DNA of 64,000 nt from Rhodothermales bacterium. GTDB taxonomy: Bacteria; Bacteroidota; Rhodothermia; Rhodothermales; VXPQ01. Below, in pieces: positions 59,895 through 64,000 of this stretch (position 1 is the stretch's first letter; every line of letters starts with the position of its first letter). The translations under genes and the position numbers were made by a program. The notes below the pieces were generated by a model. That model did not search any database and was not told where the DNA came from. It saw nothing but the letters and a program-made list of their open reading frames with translations. The stretch is from contig JAJDWX010000004.1 of assembly GCA_022825385.1 (NCBI GenBank), positions 255 through 64,254 on the forward strand, written 5' to 3'.

Positions 59895-60994
59895 CCGACT
59901 TCGGCGTTTAGTTGATTCTTTACGAATTCAATATGTGTGACGACAGAATCAAATCCCGGTTGCCATTTGTAATGACGTGACCAACGCTGCCAAGTCTGAC
60001 CAAAATGAAATTCTGGGCACAAAGCGTTTATTGATGAACCATTTGATTTTGTAAGCAAAGGAAAAAAGTAAAACATATCCAAAATTGATCCAGGATAGCC
60101 GCTTGGAATGAGCACCATCAGCGTAGAATTTTCTACCGTGTAGCCCGCAGGAATGGGAAAGTCGTCAATGCATAGGCCATACTTACTGTTACCCTCAGTG
60201 ACCTTTCGCCATTGGGATGGATAATGCTCATTTAGATATTGAATATCCTCGAGCGGCAGTTCGTAGAGATTGATCATACCTTGCTGCGCCTGTCGCCGAA
60301 CGGTTTCAAAGCGTTCAATGCCAGGACGGGATAAATCAACCAAGTCATTCGCGCCGATCCTTTCTCTTTTACCACCATGTAATTTCTGGTTGAGTGACCA
60401 TTCGTCATCGCGCTTCTCAACCAATGCCAAAATACCAATTCCAGTGATTTCCGCAGAGTCCACGTTGTGCTTTTCACCGTCTATGCGAATGCGATATTTG
60501 TGTCCTTTAGGCGGGCGACGTTCGTTCTTGCCACATTCCTCAAGGTCAATAGCATCGTCAGAGGCAGGCGGAATGACAAAATACGAATCCGCATCTTGGA
60601 TGACAATCGTCATGTCATCCGTAATTTCCACATCCACGCCGTCTTCAATGTCAGCAAATAGACGGCCCTGTGGAAACTTGTCATCTTGCTCTTTGAGGGC
60701 TTTGCCAGTAATTTTTGCTTGTGGGAGAGCAATATTACGCGATCCGTTAAACTCTGGCCGCACCATATTGCGCAAGGGTGGGTTGTCCTCAATGCAGGTT
60801 TTCCCAACGACTAATCTTTCTCCTCCGTGAATGAGGATAAATTCTCCCATTAGGAGGGGAATGTCTATGTCGTCATCACGACTCAGGAAAAGTCGTTCCT
60901 CGTTGCAATCAGCGATTTTGTAAAGGTCATCGACGGAAACAAATTCCGAATGAATCGATTTTGCCTGCCCGTCAATTTGAATGGTTGTCTGCAT
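59891..60994 (-). CDS. multi-ubiquitin-like (tandem beta-grasp) domains fused to a prokaryotic E2/UBC-like domain
   Basis: Repeated units of the form TIQIDGQAKSIHSEFVSVDDLYKIA... and KYRIRIDGEKHNVDSAEITGIGILALV...DLVDLSRPGIERFETV (multiubiquitin-type). The C-terminus reads LIPSGYPGSILDMFYFFP...GQTWQRWSRHYKWQPGFDSVVTHIEFV, the pattern of bacterial E2/UBC proteins from E1-E2-JAB neighbourhoods. Confidence 0.8.
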   Translation of the reverse strand: MQTTIQIDGQAKSIHSEFVSVDDLYKIADCNEERLFLSRDDDIDIPLLMGEFILIHGGERLVVGKTCIEDNPPLRNMVRPEFNGSRNIALPQAKITGKALKEQDDKFPQGRLFADIEDGVDVEITDDMTIVIQDADSYFVIPPASDDAIDLEECGKNERRPPKGHKYRIRIDGEKHNVDSAEITGIGILALVEKRDDEWSLNQKLHGGKRERIGANDLVDLSRPGIERFETVRRQAQQGMINLYELPLEDIQYLNEHYPSQWRKVTEGNSKYGLCIDDFPIPAGYTVENSTLMVLIPSGYPGSILDMFYFFPLLTKSNGSSINALCPEFHFGQTWQRWSRHYKWQPGFDSVVTHIEFVKNQLNAEVG

Positions 60995-61315
60995 GTCGAT
61001 TCTCCATGTGTGGTGTCTTGATCTTCATAAAGATATCCGCAGGCCCAAGGGACCATGTTGCTTCCCTGCAACTTATATGATCCACGAACACCGATTTTTC
61101 TAATACGAACATCTGCATTTTGTTCCCATACCTCCAACCCGACAATTTGCCGGAATCGACCCAAGCGCAGGGCTACGGCAGATCACGCTGCACTTCGGCG
61201 GCGAATTTCACCCATAATATACGTCACCCAGCGACAGATTGCAAGGCCCGGGTGCGAAATTTTTCATTAAAATAGCTGATCCGAGCGCGCTGCCCCGGAC
61301 ATTCGCCCGCAAGAT

Positions 61316-62515
61316 TCATATCGCATGCCGAATCGCCGCCTCCAGGCCGTCCACCATCCTGTCGAGCGTCAGATGTGCCCGGGCGTAGGCCAGCGCGTTC
61401 GCCGAATATCGCTCCCGGTCCGCCAATACCTCCCGAACACTCGCCGCCAATGCTGCGGAAGTATTCTCCGAACAAAGCAGCCCCGTCTCCCCGGAACGAA
61501 CGTACTCGACTTCGGGACTGTGAAATTTGATCCCCCCCCCCTCAGGATAGCGAAACGACGCCACGGGCAGGCCGAACGCAAAGGCATGGTTCACGGCCAG
61601 GCCGAGATACCCCGGCATGAGCATCAGGTCCGAAGCGTACAACCAGGGGCCCGCCTCTTCCTGCAACAAGGACCCGAGGAAACGCACGCCTTGCAGCGCG
61701 CGGGCCGATACCGCCTCCTCCATGGCCGCCCGCTCCGGTCCGTCCCCGATAATCAACAGCGCGCCGGGCGCCTCCTGCGTCAGGCGACCCCAGGTTTCGA
61801 GGAGCATGTCCGTGCCCTTCTCCCGAATAAGCCGTCCTATATATACGAGTACGGGCCCCTCTGGAGGAATGGAAAGCCGCCGCCGGACCGCCGCTTTCCC
61901 TTCCGCCGCCAGCGCGTCCCGCTGCGCGAACATGGGGCCCAGATCCATCGTGTTCCGGGCGACGAACAGATTCCGCTCGGGGACGAACGGACGTAACAAA
62001 TCGGCTATGTTTTCCGTATAACAGGCGCACCCTTCTACGCTCTTCGCCAGGGCAAGGCGATATTTGTCCAGAAGATGGCGGCGCGGATCGAACGCCCGGC
62101 GGTTCGACGAAAAGTGCCCCCAAAGCACCCGCCCCGCCCCAAGCGAGCGGGCGTAACGCAGCAAAAACGGCAACGTAACGGACCGCGGACTTTCCTCTGC
62201 AAGGACCGCCGCCGGGACGCCATGCCGCCTGAACGCGCGACGAAACGGCTGCGCATGGATGCGTTCCCCGAAAAGCCAGCGGTTAGGCAACGCAACCTGC
62301 GTATACTGCGGCGTACTCTCCCGAACCAGATTGCCCAGCGAGGAGGCTCCCGGCGGCGCGCCCGAACACGCGATCAGGCGTCCGTCGAATCGCTCGTTCA
62401 ACTGCTCCAGCACCGGAATACGGTACCAGGGAATCACCCGGGCGAAATAATACACGGGACGGCGATCAGCTGGCATGGCGGCAACGACCAGAGGTGGTTC
62501 GGGTTGGTTATACAA
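61316..62515 (-). CDS. glycosyltransferase family 4 (GT-B) containing a G10 tract
   Basis: High-GC again. ...VYIGRLIREKGTDMLL...LIIGDGPER...SDLMLMPGYLGLAVNHAFAFGLPV...VRSGETGLL. The track start is a TTG. An ATG at 62476 is an alternative. Confidence 0.8.
   Translation of the reverse strand: MYNQPEPPLVVAAMPADRRPVYYFARVIPWYRIPVLEQLNERFDGRLIACSGAPPGASSLGNLVRESTPQYTQVALPNRWLFGERIHAQPFRRAFRRHGVPAAVLAEESPRSVTLPFLLRYARSLGAGRVLWGHFSSNRRAFDPRRHLLDKYRLALAKSVEGCACYTENIADLLRPFVPERNLFVARNTMDLGPMFAQRDALAAEGKAAVRRRLSIPPEGPVLVYIGRLIREKGTDMLLETWGRLTQEAPGALLIIGDGPERAAMEEAVSARALQGVRFLGSLLQEEAGPWLYASDLMLMPGYLGLAVNHAFAFGLPVASFRYPEGGGIKFHSPEVEYVRSGETGLLCSENTSAALAASVREVLADRERYSANALAYARAHLTLDRMVDGLEAAIRHAI
61532..61541. 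repeat. C10 homopolymer (G10 on the coding strand) inside the glycosyltransferase gene
   Basis: Counted directly: ttga tcccccccccc tcagg. It encodes E-G-G-G in ...RYPEGGGIKFH... Confidence 0.95.
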
Positions 62516-62571
62516 GGTTATTGGGCTTTTAAGCTACAGGATTACAACCTTGTTCCGACCGAGCCAACCCA

Positions 62572-62742
62572 ATGGAGGTATTCCATACCCAAACACACCC
62601 GCAGCCCCCCGACTTCAAGGCGAAAACAGCCCTTGCTGCGATTCGCGGCGACGGCACGATAGCCGAGTTCGCTGCCCGCTTCAAAGTGCACCCGAACCAG
62701 ATACATTCGTGGAACAACCGATCAGGCAGCCTCGTTAATTGA
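62572..62742 (+). mobile_element. IS3-family orfA (HTH transposase) remnant
   Basis: This 56-codon ORF is below the track cutoff: [56 protein letters not shown]. The FKAK.AL.A.RG..T.AE.A..F.VHPNQI..W block is the classic IS3 orfA N-terminus, and it is truncated thereafter. Confidence 0.6.
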
Positions 62743-62913
62743 CACGAGTAGCGTCGCCATGGACAGGTGATTCGGGCAGTTGCTGCAGACGCTGCTCGAA
62801 TTGGCCCCAGAGGAATTCCAAGAGCGTACCATTCTTGAATCCTTGTCGGATCATATTGCAGGCCCTCGTAGTATGACCTTCGTACGCAGACACAGACCGA
62901 ACTCCAAGGCATC

Positions 62914-63183
62914 ATGATCGCTTCGATCCGATTGGTCAACTTCAAGAATTTCGAGGACGAGACACTACATCTCGGACCATTTAGCGTTCTCGTGGGGGCA
63001 AACGCAAGTGGAAAAAGTAATATTCGAGATGCTTTTCGCTTTCTGCATGGCATAGGGAGAGGATATACCCTGGCAGAGATTATCGGCGGAAAGTACGGAG
63101 CTGGCGGTCAAGTTGAATGGGAACCAATGCGCGGCGCAACCAATGAAATAATTGGGAATCAAGGGAATTATACGGATAAGTGA
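62914..63183 (+). pseudogene. N-terminal fragment of an AAA_15/AAA_21-type (SMC/OLD-like) ATPase
   Basis: MIASIRLVNFKNFEDETLHLGPFSVLVGANASGKSNIRDAFRFL is a Walker A head. The ORF stops after 89 aa, whereas such ATPases are normally several hundred residues. Confidence 0.55.
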
Positions 63184-63198
63184 ACAGGCACCCCATTC

Positions 63199-64000
63199 CT
63201 ACTTAGCCCCCTTACGTCGGTTGGCCGCCTTAGAAACCATCTGGCAGTTCTCTTCAATCGTACGCCCGCCCTTGCTCCAGGGCGTTATATGATCCGCCTC
63301 CATTTCTTTAATATCAAGTTTCTCCCCAGAAATAGCGCAAACCCCTCCCTGCTTCTCGTATACTCTCTGCTTGACGGCATCAGAGAAAATACGAAGGTTC
63401 AAAGTTCTGGGATCGCCAGTAAGAACGTAAGGATATATTCCAGACTGATTTTGTATCTCTTCGTTCAAAATCAGTTCAGATATTTTTCGTTCAAGCTCCT
63501 CTGGATCTAATAGAACGTCCTTGTATTTACTGTACAAGCCGCCCCAATCCTGACCTTGCATTAACTTCGCTCTTGTTATGGTAAATGTGCTTTTAACCCA
63601 ATCAATTACAGACCTAAAATAATCCCAAAGTTCCTCGGCATTTGTATCTTTTTTATACTTTTCCTCCATATATTTCTCAATATTGTCATTGCTTATCCAC
63701 TTAAGCGCAGTTTCGAGATAATCCTGCCGTATCGGAGAACCTTTTAGGTAATCTTTGCCTATTTGATATGCAACACAACCATTTTGGCTAAAATAGTGTT
63801 TAGCATCGGATAGCCACGCCCCAGCGTACACAGCATTGCGTAATTCTTGATCAAACAATTTTTTACCAGCCATATTTATAACCTTAAACCAATCTAACCT
63901 TTCATCTTCCGTTCCAGTGCAAAGATATATCATTAATTCATAATCAAGTATCTGATTCTGTATTTTATCTGGCAAGCGATGAAACGGTTTCGGATGTTTT
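63199..64000 (-). CDS. DUF262-family protein with C-terminal HNH nuclease (N-terminus beyond right edge)
   Basis: The frame stays open upstream of the track's Met to the window edge (...KHPKPFHRLPDKIQNQ...). The middle region is typical of DUF262 proteins. The C-terminus EADHITPWSKGGRTIEENCQMVSKAANRRKG is an HNH motif. Confidence 0.75.
   Translation of the reverse strand, partial: KHPKPFHRLPDKIQNQILDYELMIYLCTGTEDERLDWFKVINMAGKKLFDQELRNAVYAGAWLSDAKHYFSQNGCVAYQIGKDYLKGSPIRQDYLETALKWISNDNIEKYMEEKYKKDTNAEELWDYFRSVIDWVKSTFTITRAKLMQGQDWGGLYSKYKDVLLDPEELERKISELILNEEIQNQSGIYPYVLTGDPRTLNLRIFSDAVKQRVYEKQGGVCAISGEKLDIKEMEADHITPWSKGGRTIEENCQMVSKAANRRKGAK

Noticed and set aside
60883-61164. 93-aa minus-strand ORF upstream of and overlapping the Ubl-E2 gene
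   Set aside because: It overlaps the first ~110 nt of the well-supported Ubl-E2 CDS in another frame and has no motifs. It is more likely the promoter/5' UTR region of the operon.

Overview
High-GC (about 60-65% by eye, not computed) bacterial chromosomal window. Gene content loosely suggests a Bacteroidota/Rhodothermota-like organism, but this is a low-confidence guess. No rRNA, tRNA or CRISPR array was found.

Most of the window is ordinary housekeeping, largely on the minus strand: M16 peptidase, STAS protein, uvrB, rpmE, PspA-like, CNNM/CorC transporter, floA, moaC, dtd, rdgB, rpsU, Kgd/OdhA-type 2-oxoglutarate dehydrogenase, SDR epimerase, rlmD, BamA-family OMP, M23 peptidase, hprK, MoxR ATPase, fmt, ftsY, ispG, rhomboid, PBP1A and ispE.

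Three visibly lower-GC accessory segments interrupt this backbone.

1. A ~5.5 kb islet (about 14.66-20.07 kb) is bounded by ~150 bp imperfect direct repeats of the moaC 5' region. It carries a secreted protein, a lipoprotein with a 26-Gly linker and an M15 peptidase domain, an IS3-family remnant, and an unrecognisable overlapping membrane-protein module.

2. A polysaccharide locus (45.4-62.5 kb: Wza/Wzz/Wzy/Wzx, FkbM methyltransferases, glycosyltransferases) is split by a low-GC insertion (55.5-61.3 kb). The insertion holds the most interesting feature, a tightly overlapping four-gene minus-strand operon at 56545-60994. Its genes encode a multi-ubiquitin-like/E2 fusion, a JAB(JAMM)/E1(ThiF) fusion, a DUF6527-like Cys-rich protein, and an ABC-type ATPase fused to a DUF4435/TOPRIM-like domain (PARIS/OLD-like).

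3. A decayed islet at the right edge contains an IS3 orfA remnant, a truncated ATPase and a DUF262-HNH nuclease.

Other notable sequence-level signals:
- a C10 tract inside a glycosyltransferase gene
- a G11 tract inside a small ORF
- a 258-bp element with 19-bp terminal inverted repeats and GTAA flanks
- three copies of the same IS3-family 3' end

The supplied ORF track omits edge-truncated ORFs and translates GTG/TTG starts as M. Many long Arg/Pro/Gly/Ala-rich ORFs in it are antisense or frame-shadow artefacts of the high GC content.
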